Shown: positions 48,227 to 57,258 of the stretch, in pieces
Position numbering within the stretch: position 1 is the first letter of the stretch
Layout: every line of letters starts with the position of its first letter
IMG/VR virus record: IMGVR_UViG_3300029258_003380
Span: 33,967-97,966 of that record
Strand: one strand, 5' to 3'
Source: a virus
Lineage: Duplodnaviria; Caudoviricetes
DNA: 64,000 bases
Position numbers and translations under genes: made by a program
The notes under the pieces: generated by a model
Told to the model about the DNA's origin: nothing
Databases searched by the model: none
Seen by the model: only the letters and a program-made list of their open reading frames with translations

Positions 48227-50731
48227 ATGAACATTTTTGACTTCTATTTTAAGCAGATCGTTACACAGAGCCAGATGGATTGGGCATTTGACAGTGTGCA
48301 GGATGCGATACATAGCGTCTCCTTGGATTGCGCCCTCACGGGGATCCTGGACGGCATGGATCCTCAGCAGCATGCGCCTCTGCCTGACAAGAATGTGGAT
48401 ATTGTTGGCCCTGGTATCGCATACGACCCAGATGGGCAGAGGATCTATGTGCCGGACAGCCTCACCGTACTTGATTGCAGCCAGGACGAGTTTGGTACTG
48501 ACACAGATCCACCCACTGCGGGTTGGTGGCGAGTTTTCTCCATTTTTGCAAGATTCGAACGAGATCTCACGGAGCCTGCGCTCGATGGCAATAACAATGT
48601 CGTCTACACAAAGCAGTTGGAGTCGTTTGAATTCTTCGTGAGGAACGGCACAGAGGCTGCTACTGGGCCAGCGGCAGTACCTCCGCCACTGCTGACAGAT
48701 GCCGTCTTAGTGGTAGACGTTCTCGTGCAAAATGGTTTCACTGCAATTCTAAACTCGGACATGGACTTCTCCAGGCGTGAGGATTGGGTTCGGTTTGCCG
48801 GCACTACAATAGGTGATCGAGTATACGGAACTTCGAAGGATGCGGTAGAAGATCTTCTTTCAATTGTTGACACGTTTGGCGGTGCGTTACCGTTCACGTT
48901 TGGTCAGCAGTGGTTTGGAGCACAGCCAGTTGCAGGCCCAGTACCTCCCCCAACAACTATCCAGACCGCATTGGATGCGATTGTATACGATCTTGGCCAA
49001 TCAGGCGTTGCAAGTGGTGGTTCTCTACTGGTAGGAGCGTTGGACTCTGGTGCATTCCCTGGCGGATATGTTACACCGTGGGCCAGTGCCAACATCCAAG
49101 CTGTGTTGATGAGTCTCGGTATTGATCTCGATGCGCATATCGGGGGCGCGCTACCTCAGCACCCAGCAACTGCTATTTCATTCAACGATGCCATAGTAGC
49201 TGGTTATTTCAACTTTGCTCCCGGAACAATCACCGCTGTTCAAGCTGCAATAAACAACAGTGCGTTCCAGATGCTTTCCAGGGACCATGTTGATGTTTCG
49301 CACGGTGTGGTTCAACGATTCGCAAAAGATCCAACTGTGCCGGCGCCTGCTTACCTGTCCACTATCCAGACTACATATTTTGACAAGGCCGTTTCAGTTG
49401 CCGGCAAATTGCGTGGTGGCAGTGTTGCCGCAGAATCCGTCGACCGAGAGGCATTTATACACGGCGAGGCAGTGTCTGAGGATTTAAGTCCATGGCTTTC
49501 CACGCCGGTTCCATTGGGGCAGCTTACAGACATTGCAAAAACCACCAGGTACATCACATCGCCCAAGGGAGACAATGTCTTAGTCAATTCCTTGTTTGGT
49601 GTTAGTCCTGCCAGTGGTTCGATCCTTGTCGAGATGTTGTTGGATCCTCCAGTTTGGTACACTGGTTCATCCCTGATCATGCACGATCTTGCAGTAATTG
49701 GCGGATATGTTTCAGGGTTGGACGAGATGGTTTCAATCGTAAGCAGCGATGACGGACGCTCTGTGATGATCGCATGCGCACTGGCTGGAAATGTCAACCA
49801 GACAAGATTCTACCGTTACGATCTTATTGCAACAAATACATTGTCGTTCGGGTGGACCCGTTCTGATCTAACAATGGGAGTCGGAAACCAGGGAGCCGGC
49901 ACAGTAATGGACGGCAGTCGGATGGTGAACTGCATAAACAAAGGTTACGCGGCCGGTCTTTTTGGTGCAGTCGCTCTCAATAGCACGCCTGTTTATTTGT
50001 TAGCCTGGGACAACTCTTCTTATTCTGTTGGGAATGGCAATGCTTCATTTGGAGCCTCGAGTCAGCCAACGGCAATTGCATACCACCAAGCACAAGATCA
50101 CCTCTTTGTTGGAGGTTGGGATATACCATCTGTCACAGGACAGATTTTCACGTGCAACATCGCGGTCGGAACTGTAGCGGCTGGCACCTATGGTCCGTAT
50201 GCGTCGGCATCGATAGGCTCAGGGGCCGATGGGTGGATAACTGACATTTGTTCCGCCGGAGATCTTGTGTGGGCAGTTGAGAAGGTAGACGGCAGCGATG
50301 GAATAATAAACGTGTGGAGCTTGGATGCCTTGATAGATAGCGCCAGGTACAAAACAGCCGTTGGAGATGTTACTGGATCTGCCTTGATGAACGGTGGGTG
50401 CAGACTGGCCACGGATGGAATAAAAATGTGGCTACTGACTGACCACATGTACTTCGATGGTTTGGTGAATCATTACCGCCGAGCCTATGTGCAGTCGTGG
50501 TATCCAGATTCTTTGGAGGAATTCATCAGCAGTCCAGCCGCCGCAAATAAACTGATACTTCAACCGAAGCATTTTGTCACACCTCCGGACATTGCATCTC
50601 ATAACAGCAGGCCGAATCCGAACGCTGTTGGACGGATGCTGTTTTGTGGTGGATATAATTACACTGTTACAAACTTCAACGACGCCACTTGGGGAGAAAT
50701 CAAACGAGTGGCAGTGAGTCCGTGGAAGTAA
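48227..50731 (+). CDS. Tail fibre protein
   Basis: FDFYFKQIVT, GIAYDPDGQRIYVP N-terminus; beta-rich C-terminus. Confidence 0.75.
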   Translation: MNIFDFYFKQIVTQSQMDWAFDSVQDAIHSVSLDCALTGILDGMDPQQHAPLPDKNVDIVGPGIAYDPDGQRIYVPDSLTVLDCSQDEFGTDTDPPTAGWWRVFSIFARFERDLTEPALDGNNNVVYTKQLESFEFFVRNGTEAATGPAAVPPPLLTDAVLVVDVLVQNGFTAILNSDMDFSRREDWVRFAGTTIGDRVYGTSKDAVEDLLSIVDTFGGALPFTFGQQWFGAQPVAGPVPPPTTIQTALDAIVYDLGQSGVASGGSLLVGALDSGAFPGGYVTPWASANIQAVLMSLGIDLDAHIGGALPQHPATAISFNDAIVAGYFNFAPGTITAVQAAINNSAFQMLSRDHVDVSHGVVQRFAKDPTVPAPAYLSTIQTTYFDKAVSVAGKLRGGSVAAESVDREAFIHGEAVSEDLSPWLSTPVPLGQLTDIAKTTRYITSPKGDNVLVNSLFGVSPASGSILVEMLLDPPVWYTGSSLIMHDLAVIGGYVSGLDEMVSIVSSDDGRSVMIACALAGNVNQTRFYRYDLIATNTLSFGWTRSDLTMGVGNQGAGTVMDGSRMVNCINKGYAAGLFGAVALNSTPVYLLAWDNSSYSVGNGNASFGASSQPTAIAYHQAQDHLFVGGWDIPSVTGQIFTCNIAVGTVAAGTYGPYASASIGSGADGWITDICSAGDLVWAVEKVDGSDGIINVWSLDALIDSARYKTAVGDVTGSALMNGGCRLATDGIKMWLLTDHMYFDGLVNHYRRAYVQSWYPDSLEEFISSPAAANKLILQPKHFVTPPDIASHNSRPNPNAVGRMLFCGGYNYTVTNFNDATWGEIKRVAVSPWK

Positions 50732-50763
50732 CCGTCTGAACGAGGGAAACACAGGAGGAAAAT

Positions 50764-51972
50764 ATGTCGATAGATAGGTTTACAAAGGACGATATCCAAG
50801 GTTTGCTCAACTCCATAGACCATCCGGTTGTGGAGAAATTGCAGGTCATGATCGACGAGATCAATGCACTGACCGTCGGAGATGGCGGCGGCGTGAACGT
50901 GATATACGCGGACTCCAATCGCACAGACCCATACGTGCCAGATGGCTCAATGGCCGCACCGTACAAGGTGCTTCAGGATGCTGTGGATGCTATTACGACT
51001 CAATCGGCGACGAACAAGTACGTTGTCAAGGCCGCTCCTGGTGTGTATCCGGAGAATGTTGTGTTGAAACGGTTTGTGTACTTGATCGGCACAGCTATGT
51101 TTGGAGCTGCAAGGGACGTCAGGATTGAGCCAGCCGCTGGGATCGCTCTGTCTGTTCCGTACAGGGACTCGTTCATAAACGGTATTTACTGCCAGACGGA
51201 TTCTCCCGTTCCGGCTGAGGCTGCCATCAAGATATTCGACGACGGTGGCGGTGCTGGTGAACACGAAACCTTCCTGTTCAACTTCGCGGCCAGATCCACG
51301 GATGCCGGCCATGCCCTATGGTCGGACACTAATGCCCTCGGTGAGGCCGCGATCGGGATCTACGCGGCGATAGACGGTGGGCCCGCTGGTCATGCTGGCC
51401 TGGTCGACGGATCTGGATTCATCTGGTTCTTAGGCGGCGGCGGCGGCCAGTTCCAAGGCATTAGGATTGTCAACGGCGGTTTCTTCATGTCAGGTGGAGA
51501 GGTTGGGATTAATGCGAACGAAACTGATCCTACTGCATGGGCAATAGAAAATGACGGCGGTTTCTGCGTCCTGCTTGGCAACATGGTTAGCGGGTACAAT
51601 GGGATCGATATGAAAAATGGAGGTTTTGGAGTTCTGACAACAGCAACTTCAATCGGTGGTTTCACTGGCATTCCGGTCAGAACGACACCTGGCACTAGCC
51701 TACTCCTGGGCAACGTCGGATTGGATGGCGGATTGCCCTCATGGACAAACTGGCAAGTAGCTGGCAACGTGGCCATCATGTCGAGTGCAACACAGGGCGC
51801 TGGAACGACAGGAGCAGGTGGTCCGGATCAGCGTCCCACCGTTACATCGACGAGTCTGCCAATGGGCTTCCGTTTCTTTGCAACAGACATTGCACTTGGC
51901 GCGGGCATGGGAGTGTGGTTGACATGGAATGGGACACAGTGGGTTGATACTGTTGGCACCGTTGTGCCATAG
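50764..51972 (+). CDS. Fibre/spike-like protein with beta-helix (pectin-lyase-like) region
   Basis: DGSMAAPYKVLQDAVD...APGVYPENV; C-terminal WNGTQWVD. Confidence 0.75.
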   Translation: MSIDRFTKDDIQGLLNSIDHPVVEKLQVMIDEINALTVGDGGGVNVIYADSNRTDPYVPDGSMAAPYKVLQDAVDAITTQSATNKYVVKAAPGVYPENVVLKRFVYLIGTAMFGAARDVRIEPAAGIALSVPYRDSFINGIYCQTDSPVPAEAAIKIFDDGGGAGEHETFLFNFAARSTDAGHALWSDTNALGEAAIGIYAAIDGGPAGHAGLVDGSGFIWFLGGGGGQFQGIRIVNGGFFMSGGEVGINANETDPTAWAIENDGGFCVLLGNMVSGYNGIDMKNGGFGVLTTATSIGGFTGIPVRTTPGTSLLLGNVGLDGGLPSWTNWQVAGNVAIMSSATQGAGTTGAGGPDQRPTVTSTSLPMGFRFFATDIALGAGMGVWLTWNGTQWVDTVGTVVP

Positions 51973-51984
51973 AGAGGAGTTCGT

Positions 51985-52173
51985 ATGTTTAATTATAAGA
52001 TCGACTATACAAAGGCAGCTATTGCTGCGACCAACGCCAAGAAAGTGTCGGGTGAAAAGGAATATCCCAAGAAACCCAAAGCCAATGACGCTGTTTTCGA
52101 TACCAGTATCGGCAAGGTGAGACTTTGGGACGGCAAGAAGTGGTGTACCTTGAAAACAAGTAGTGGTGTGTAA
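51985..52173 (+). CDS. Small protein with FDTxxG...WDG..W motif
   Basis: GAGGAG RBS; motif shared with 11258 and 50764 C-termini. Confidence 0.65.
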   Translation: MFNYKIDYTKAAIAATNAKKVSGEKEYPKKPKANDAVFDTSIGKVRLWDGKKWCTLKTSSGV

Positions 52174-52209
52174 ACGACGTGGCATACGCCACGAAAAAAG
52201 GAGAGGAAA

Positions 52210-52485
52210 ATGGCCATTGATATTCTCACAAAAGATGAAATCCAAGGATTGTTGAACGCTATCGATCATCCTGTTGTTTTGAAGACAAAGGAGATGATAA
52301 CTCAGATCAACGCAAACGAAGCTGCGATCACTGCCAATCAGTCCGCGCTTGGTGATGGCGGCGCATTGCCCTACGTGGCAGGCGTACCAGTTGACTGGGC
52401 AGGTGCTCCCCCCGCAACGGTAGGAGAGGCGCTAGATCGCATTGGTACCGCGGTTGCTGGATTGCTTGGTGTGCCTATTCCCTAA
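52210..52485 (+). CDS. Small virion protein, paralog of 11258/50764 N-termini
   Basis: TKDEIQGLLNAIDHPV. Confidence 0.75.
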   Translation: MAIDILTKDEIQGLLNAIDHPVVLKTKEMITQINANEAAITANQSALGDGGALPYVAGVPVDWAGAPPATVGEALDRIGTAVAGLLGVPIP

Positions 52486-52535
52486 ACGGTTGTTGCCTTA
52501 ACTTAAGTGAATCAGAGCAAGATCATGGAGGGCAC

Positions 52536-53072
52536 ATGGGCAATTCAAGCGGCAGTAGTTCACCAGTTCCATATACGCCCATACCGACTGGTGATGACCA
52601 CCGTGTGAGAGCGGAATGTAGTGCGGCATTTGCAACAATCACTGCCACGATGAAATCTGTTGGTGATGACGTCCGCGAGATGCGTAACGATGTCAGTGAG
52701 ATCGGAAGGTCTCAGGCTGCGCTCGAGCAATCGGCCCGTGGCCTATGGCATGAGATACGTGACGAACTTCGCCCAGGACTTGATGCTCTTCCTGGCATGA
52801 TCGCTAAATCCGAACGCACACACAGTAAAGACTGCCCGGCACGACGCAAGGCAATGAGACGAGCCGAGTCCAGTAGTGACGACAAACTGGATGTTCGTCC
52901 GTACCGGGATGATGTTACGGGTTCGGTACCGCTGGAGAGTGGCGGACGGTTTATCCGCAACAGCAGCAACGGTCATTACGAGATTCCGAGACCGGTCCTT
53001 TGGATAGGCGGCCTGATCGGTGCTGCTGTCGCTGCTTCCGGATATGTGGTTCAGTTGCTCTCATCCATGTGA
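52536..53072 (+). CDS. Coiled-coil protein with C-terminal TM helix (possible lysis accessory, XhlA-like architecture)
   Basis: GGAGG RBS; PVLWIGGLIGAAVAASGYVVQLL; last gene of late operon. Confidence 0.6.
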   Translation: MGNSSGSSSPVPYTPIPTGDDHRVRAECSAAFATITATMKSVGDDVREMRNDVSEIGRSQAALEQSARGLWHEIRDELRPGLDALPGMIAKSERTHSKDCPARRKAMRRAESSSDDKLDVRPYRDDVTGSVPLESGGRFIRNSSNGHYEIPRPVLWIGGLIGAAVAASGYVVQLLSSM

Positions 53073-53174
53073 GCCCTGTGGCTGGCAATCCTCGTAAATA
53101 GTTCTTTCTCGTATAGTGCAGAATGCCTCAGTATTTGACCTTTAAATAAAAACAATGGCAATGCAGAAATAATA

Positions 53175-53202
53175 TTGACACGCAATGAAAAGCGTATATG
53201 AT
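53175..53202 (+). promoter_or_regulatory. Early promoter/operator copy 1
   Basis: TTGACA-N16-TATGAT containing ACACGC-N8-GCGTAT. Confidence 0.75.
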
Positions 53203-53210
53203 TAAACGTA

Positions 53211-53486
53211 ATGAAACGCAACACACAAAACGAGGAGCAGACAATGAGAGACCTACTATCCGAAATAATAATTGATGAACTGACAAACCTGCAAATCTCC
53301 AAAATAGAATCCGCTGGAAAAACCTCATACTCAGTAGACACGATAAAAAGACATGGATCCTATAATAACCTCTTGGTATGCGCAGACTTGCATACTGCTC
53401 TTGAACTATTTTTGACTACACAGAACGCAACAAGCTACGACCGAGCCAAGCGAATCTTTTTAAGAACGAATAGCCTAGCCAACTAG
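53211..53486 (+). CDS. Hypothetical early protein
   Basis: AT-rich ORF behind promoter; true start probably the internal ATG after GAGGAG. Confidence 0.6.
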   Translation: MKRNTQNEEQTMRDLLSEIIIDELTNLQISKIESAGKTSYSVDTIKRHGSYNNLLVCADLHTALELFLTTQNATSYDRAKRIFLRTNSLAN

Positions 53487-53508
53487 AGACGGTCCGTCCT
53501 GACCCCTC

Positions 53509-53538
53509 GCCTCGGTGTGTAATGCACCGGGGCTTTTT
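53509..53538 (+). terminator. Rho-independent terminator
   Basis: GCCTCGGTG-N7-CACCGGGGC followed by TTTTT. Confidence 0.75.
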
Positions 53539-53554
53539 AGGCAGGAGGATACAG

Positions 53555-53998
53555 ATGGTCACCAATAAAAGAGAAAATGACACAGGTCTGAATGATGGCG
53601 CTGCAGCAATTGACGAAACAGCCATTCCTGTTGTTGGCACCGTGCTGTGGCAGGTAATGAATAATGGCAAGTTGCTACGATGTACAGTGGAACACATTAC
53701 TTGCTACAATAGCGCATACCGCGGCATTGTACGGGGGCTCGTATTGAGTCGCCGCAACTCGGAGCAGGGGCATATAGAAAGAACAAAAGTGGATCTTCGT
53801 GCCATGACGCATGATCTAGTTGCACCTGGCGTCTTCTGGACCCGTGCAGATGCTATTGAATTTGTCATTGCCAGATTCGAAGCACAGGGTAAACGGGCAA
53901 AAGCTGCAGCGAAGAATGCTCTCAAACGTTACAATGCAGCAATCGATGACATTGCGGCCTGGGAATCTAGAGACGTAACTAGTGAGGTCTCGAAATGA
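53555..53998 (+). CDS. Hypothetical protein
   Basis: AGGAGG RBS before ATG53555. Confidence 0.7.
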   Translation: MVTNKRENDTGLNDGAAAIDETAIPVVGTVLWQVMNNGKLLRCTVEHITCYNSAYRGIVRGLVLSRRNSEQGHIERTKVDLRAMTHDLVAPGVFWTRADAIEFVIARFEAQGKRAKAAAKNALKRYNAAIDDIAAWESRDVTSEVSK

Positions 53999-54189
53999 TA
54001 TCACACGAGGATCCACGTCTTGTAATCCATATAGCTCCGAAGTTCACTGACACACCCCTTGCCGCGCTCGTAAACGATTTCCCTCCGTACCATGAGATCC
54101 CGGTTCTCGAAGGAGAAAACGACCAGGCTGAACTTGCGTCGACGCTTCCTCCTTGGCTGATTGATTTCGCGGAATGTCTTGTTCCTTGA
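53995..54189 (+). CDS. Small hypothetical protein
   Basis: GAGGT RBS; ATGA overlap. Confidence 0.55.
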   Translation: MISHEDPRLVIHIAPKFTDTPLAALVNDFPPYHEIPVLEGENDQAELASTLPPWLIDFAECLVP

Positions 54190-54217
54190 GCCAGTTTTCT
54201 TAGTGTTAATAAAAACC

Positions 54218-54245
54218 TTTACACGGCATTGCAAACATGTATAAT
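54218..54245 (+). promoter_or_regulatory. Early promoter/operator copy 2
   Basis: TTTACA-N16-TATAAT containing ACACGG-N8-ACATGT. Confidence 0.7.
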
Positions 54246-54331
54246 GATCTTAATGATTACGAAACAACATCTTTGCAAATGGACGGAAAAGGCAAACAGC
54301 TGCCGGCCAGCAATAACACAAGGAGGATCCC

Positions 54332-55819
54332 ATGAATAACGCACAGATCAAAGCAATAACCCGAACTGCCGAAGCCATTAAGCGCGCACGCACTGTGTTC
54401 GATGCTCAGACCCGCCGTTTAGCCCGTACATATATCAGAGACATTCCCAAGACAAACGTCAGCGACATGGCCGACATGGCCGAGAAGTTTGGCGAAGCAA
54501 TGGCCAAGTGTCTTGGTTGTGGGAACACCGTACCAGAAATTGTGGCTGCTCAACACGATGCTCGACGCATCGCAAGAGAAGGCATATCATCTGCGCCGGC
54601 ACAGGATGCAGCCACCAATCTCGACACTGACACCGATTCCGACACCGATCTCGACGCCGATTCCGACGGTGACACGGATACTCCTAAGCCTACAATTCAC
54701 GCCAGTGGCAAGATCCGCACGGTAGCCGAGGCCATTGCACTGGAGAGTGGTGCGCATCTTGGTGACTTGGTTGGCTGGTCATTGTCAGGTACACATCTCA
54801 AGGCCGACGTTGAGGCAGCTGCCGATGTTTGCGGCATTCTGGACGAGTTGCGATTACCCGGAAACACCCCCATCGCATGCTACAAAAAGGCCATCAGTCT
54901 TGTGTTCAACTCTGGGCGCCGTGAGTGTCGTGTCGAGGATGCCGTAATCGTAGAGGACAACGAGTTCCGCCTCGTGCACAGTATTGTAGAACGCCAGTTA
55001 GTGGATGACGCCGGCAACGAGGTCTCTGAAAAAGACGCGGAGTTCGCAACGATTACCAAGGTGGGATTCGACAGAGGCAATTATGCAGATGGTGCAGAGC
55101 CGAAGGATTGTCTGAAACTCCAAGATCCTGATCATCCAGCGGCCATCGCATTGAAAGAGGCCTATGAGGAATTGGCCTATACATACCTGACAGGGGACAT
55201 CCGGAGCGCCTTTCAGTTTGCATTTCGCAACTGGCATGCAGTTCCCACGTTGCCACATGGCGGCCTCTGGTACGTCCCAGCTATCCATGCTGAAAAGGTC
55301 AGGGCCTGGAACGCCTTCATGAGCGAGTTGAACCAGACCACGGTGATAATCCCATGTTTCGACACAGCCGAGACGATGGAGTCATTGCGCGAGGCCACAC
55401 GCCATGGTCTCGAAGCACAACTGAAAGAACTGACGCATCAACTCGACCAGTACAAGGCAGTTGGCTGGAACAAGATCAGAATCAGCACTTTGGAGAAAAG
55501 AGTCGAGGAGTTTGATACACTGCGGAACCGGGCCGAATTGTACAAAGACATCCTGGGGACGGTAGTAGACGATCTGTCATCAAAAGTTGACATTGCTGCA
55601 CAAGTCGTAGTTGGCAGTCTGGATCAGAAAAAATTCGAGGAGCAGAAAGAAAAGGAGATCGAGGCCAAGGCCAAAGAGGATGCCAAAGCCGCGAGGGCCA
55701 AGATCAGGGAAGCCAAAAAAGAACAGCGACGGAAGGGCAAAGAGGTGCGGGTTGGCAAAGAGGTCCGAGCTATCGATATGAGCAGACCGCCTAGTTTCCC
55801 ATTCCCAATTCAATACTAA
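54332..55819 (+). CDS. DUF6744/DUF3150-like protein associated with MoxR-VWA pair
   Basis: GDLVGWSL, GGLWYVP motifs; (DT/DS/DA)n linker; coiled-coil C-terminus; family assignment from memory. Confidence 0.65.
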   Translation: MNNAQIKAITRTAEAIKRARTVFDAQTRRLARTYIRDIPKTNVSDMADMAEKFGEAMAKCLGCGNTVPEIVAAQHDARRIAREGISSAPAQDAATNLDTDTDSDTDLDADSDGDTDTPKPTIHASGKIRTVAEAIALESGAHLGDLVGWSLSGTHLKADVEAAADVCGILDELRLPGNTPIACYKKAISLVFNSGRRECRVEDAVIVEDNEFRLVHSIVERQLVDDAGNEVSEKDAEFATITKVGFDRGNYADGAEPKDCLKLQDPDHPAAIALKEAYEELAYTYLTGDIRSAFQFAFRNWHAVPTLPHGGLWYVPAIHAEKVRAWNAFMSELNQTTVIIPCFDTAETMESLREATRHGLEAQLKELTHQLDQYKAVGWNKIRISTLEKRVEEFDTLRNRAELYKDILGTVVDDLSSKVDIAAQVVVGSLDQKKFEEQKEKEIEAKAKEDAKAARAKIREAKKEQRRKGKEVRVGKEVRAIDMSRPPSFPFPIQY

Positions 55820-55974
55820 ACCACCACTACAACCCCTCCGTTGGCTTCTGACGGCCATTCGAAGAATTCACAAACCATGAGACAGATATTTGAAGACGGC
55901 GCTTAGAGCGGACGTGGGGTGCTGAGGCGCGTGTGTTAAAAGTAATAAAATATTCAAATGTGTTGCAATAAGTA

Positions 55975-56002
55975 TTGACACGCACAGAGAAGCGTGTATT
56001 AT
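55975..56002 (+). promoter_or_regulatory. Early promoter/operator copy 3
   Basis: TTGACA-N16-TATTAT containing perfect ACACGC-N8-GCGTGT. Confidence 0.8.
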
Positions 56003-56070
56003 GGACTGGTGATTAGGATTTGCACACATAACAGCAACAAAGCACGGAACTCAGCGTTGGAGGTATCATC

Positions 56071-57246
56071 ATGACAAATAAAACAAGCGACCCCAATACA
56101 CGTCTCCAGGATGTACGCACCCAGTTGAAGGCTCGATTTGTCGAGCGCAGCGGGCCCGTTGACGGAACATTGACCGCTCTAATTGCCAAGGACCACGTAT
56201 TGCTTCTGGGCCCCCCAGGGACAGCTAAAAGTGACTACGCTGAAGCATTGAGCCGTTGTATAGATTCCTCATTCTTTGAGATTCAGTTGACCAAGGACAC
56301 GGCACCTGAAGAGGTCTTTGGAATGTTTAGTGCCAAGGCGATGATGGAGCAGGATCGGTACCAACGACGTATCGATGGATGTGCACCAGATCGTCAGGTG
56401 TGGTTCCTGGACGAGATCTTCAAGAGCAACTCAGCACTTCTGAATGGATTCCTTCTGGCCATGCAGCAACGCAGGATGCGGAACGGTGCGGACATGATCA
56501 AACTCCCGCTGGAGACGGTGATCGGGGCGAGCAACGAGTATCCGGAGGATGCCAGCCTAGACGCGTTGTACGACCGATTCGCGGTCAAGTTCTGGCTGGA
56601 CTACATCGGCGACCAGGACGCGCTTCTGAAGTTACTCGTGGATGGGCCGGCAGAGATAACTGCAAAGTTGGAAGTTGGCGATCTAGAAGAACTGCGGAAA
56701 CAGGCAGAATCGATTAAGTGGGGGATGGGCGAGGCCGAGACCCTTCTAGGGGTTAAAAGTGCCTGCGAAAAGGCTGGATTTACAGCTAGTGACAGGACAT
56801 GGATCGGGAAGGCTCCGAAGTTGATACGTGCCAGGGCGGTAGTGAATGGACACTCCCAAGTGCTGCCGAGCGATTTCCTGGTCTTGGCTGATGTGATCTG
56901 GAAGACGCACGAGGGTCGTCCAGAATTGCTCAAGGCCATCGGGAACGCTGCGGATCCATATGGTTCTCGTGCCACTTCAATAATCGATGGGGTGAGGATT
57001 GCGATGAAATCCCTGCCAACATTGGAAGATGTGAAGGTTGGAACGCTTACTAAATTAGCGGCTACAAGGACGCTTGGCGAAATACAGGGCAACCTTGCGG
57101 GCCGGCGCGATGCGATCATGGAGGTGCACGACAAGGTCGGGGATGATAACTTGCAAGTAAAAGAGGCCGTGGAAGTGGTCGAATTGGCCATGAATAAACT
57201 GGTGGATAGGGCGCGCGAGATCACGATGTACCGGCCGGTTGAGTAA
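56071..57246 (+). CDS. MoxR-family AAA+ ATPase (RavA-like)
   Basis: Walker A GPPGTAKS, Walker B FLDEIFK, GASNE, ALYDRF. Confidence 0.92.
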   Translation: MTNKTSDPNTRLQDVRTQLKARFVERSGPVDGTLTALIAKDHVLLLGPPGTAKSDYAEALSRCIDSSFFEIQLTKDTAPEEVFGMFSAKAMMEQDRYQRRIDGCAPDRQVWFLDEIFKSNSALLNGFLLAMQQRRMRNGADMIKLPLETVIGASNEYPEDASLDALYDRFAVKFWLDYIGDQDALLKLLVDGPAEITAKLEVGDLEELRKQAESIKWGMGEAETLLGVKSACEKAGFTASDRTWIGKAPKLIRARAVVNGHSQVLPSDFLVLADVIWKTHEGRPELLKAIGNAADPYGSRATSIIDGVRIAMKSLPTLEDVKVGTLTKLAATRTLGEIQGNLAGRRDAIMEVHDKVGDDNLQVKEAVEVVELAMNKLVDRAREITMYRPVE

Positions 57247-57258
57247 TAGGAGAAGATC

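Noticed and set aside
44139-52485. Diversity-generating retroelement or invertible fibre cassette
   Set aside because: No reverse transcriptase or invertase; no near-identical TR/VR pair noticed; paralog similarity is protein-level and diverged
25212-53072. Stand-alone eCIS/tailocin locus
   Set aside because: Contiguous with terminase, portal, capsid and replication genes, so it is a phage tail
54620-54682. GAC-rich repeat tract (similar one at ~18310-18420)
   Set aside because: Encodes low-complexity Asp-rich linkers in frame; no sign of a DNA-level function
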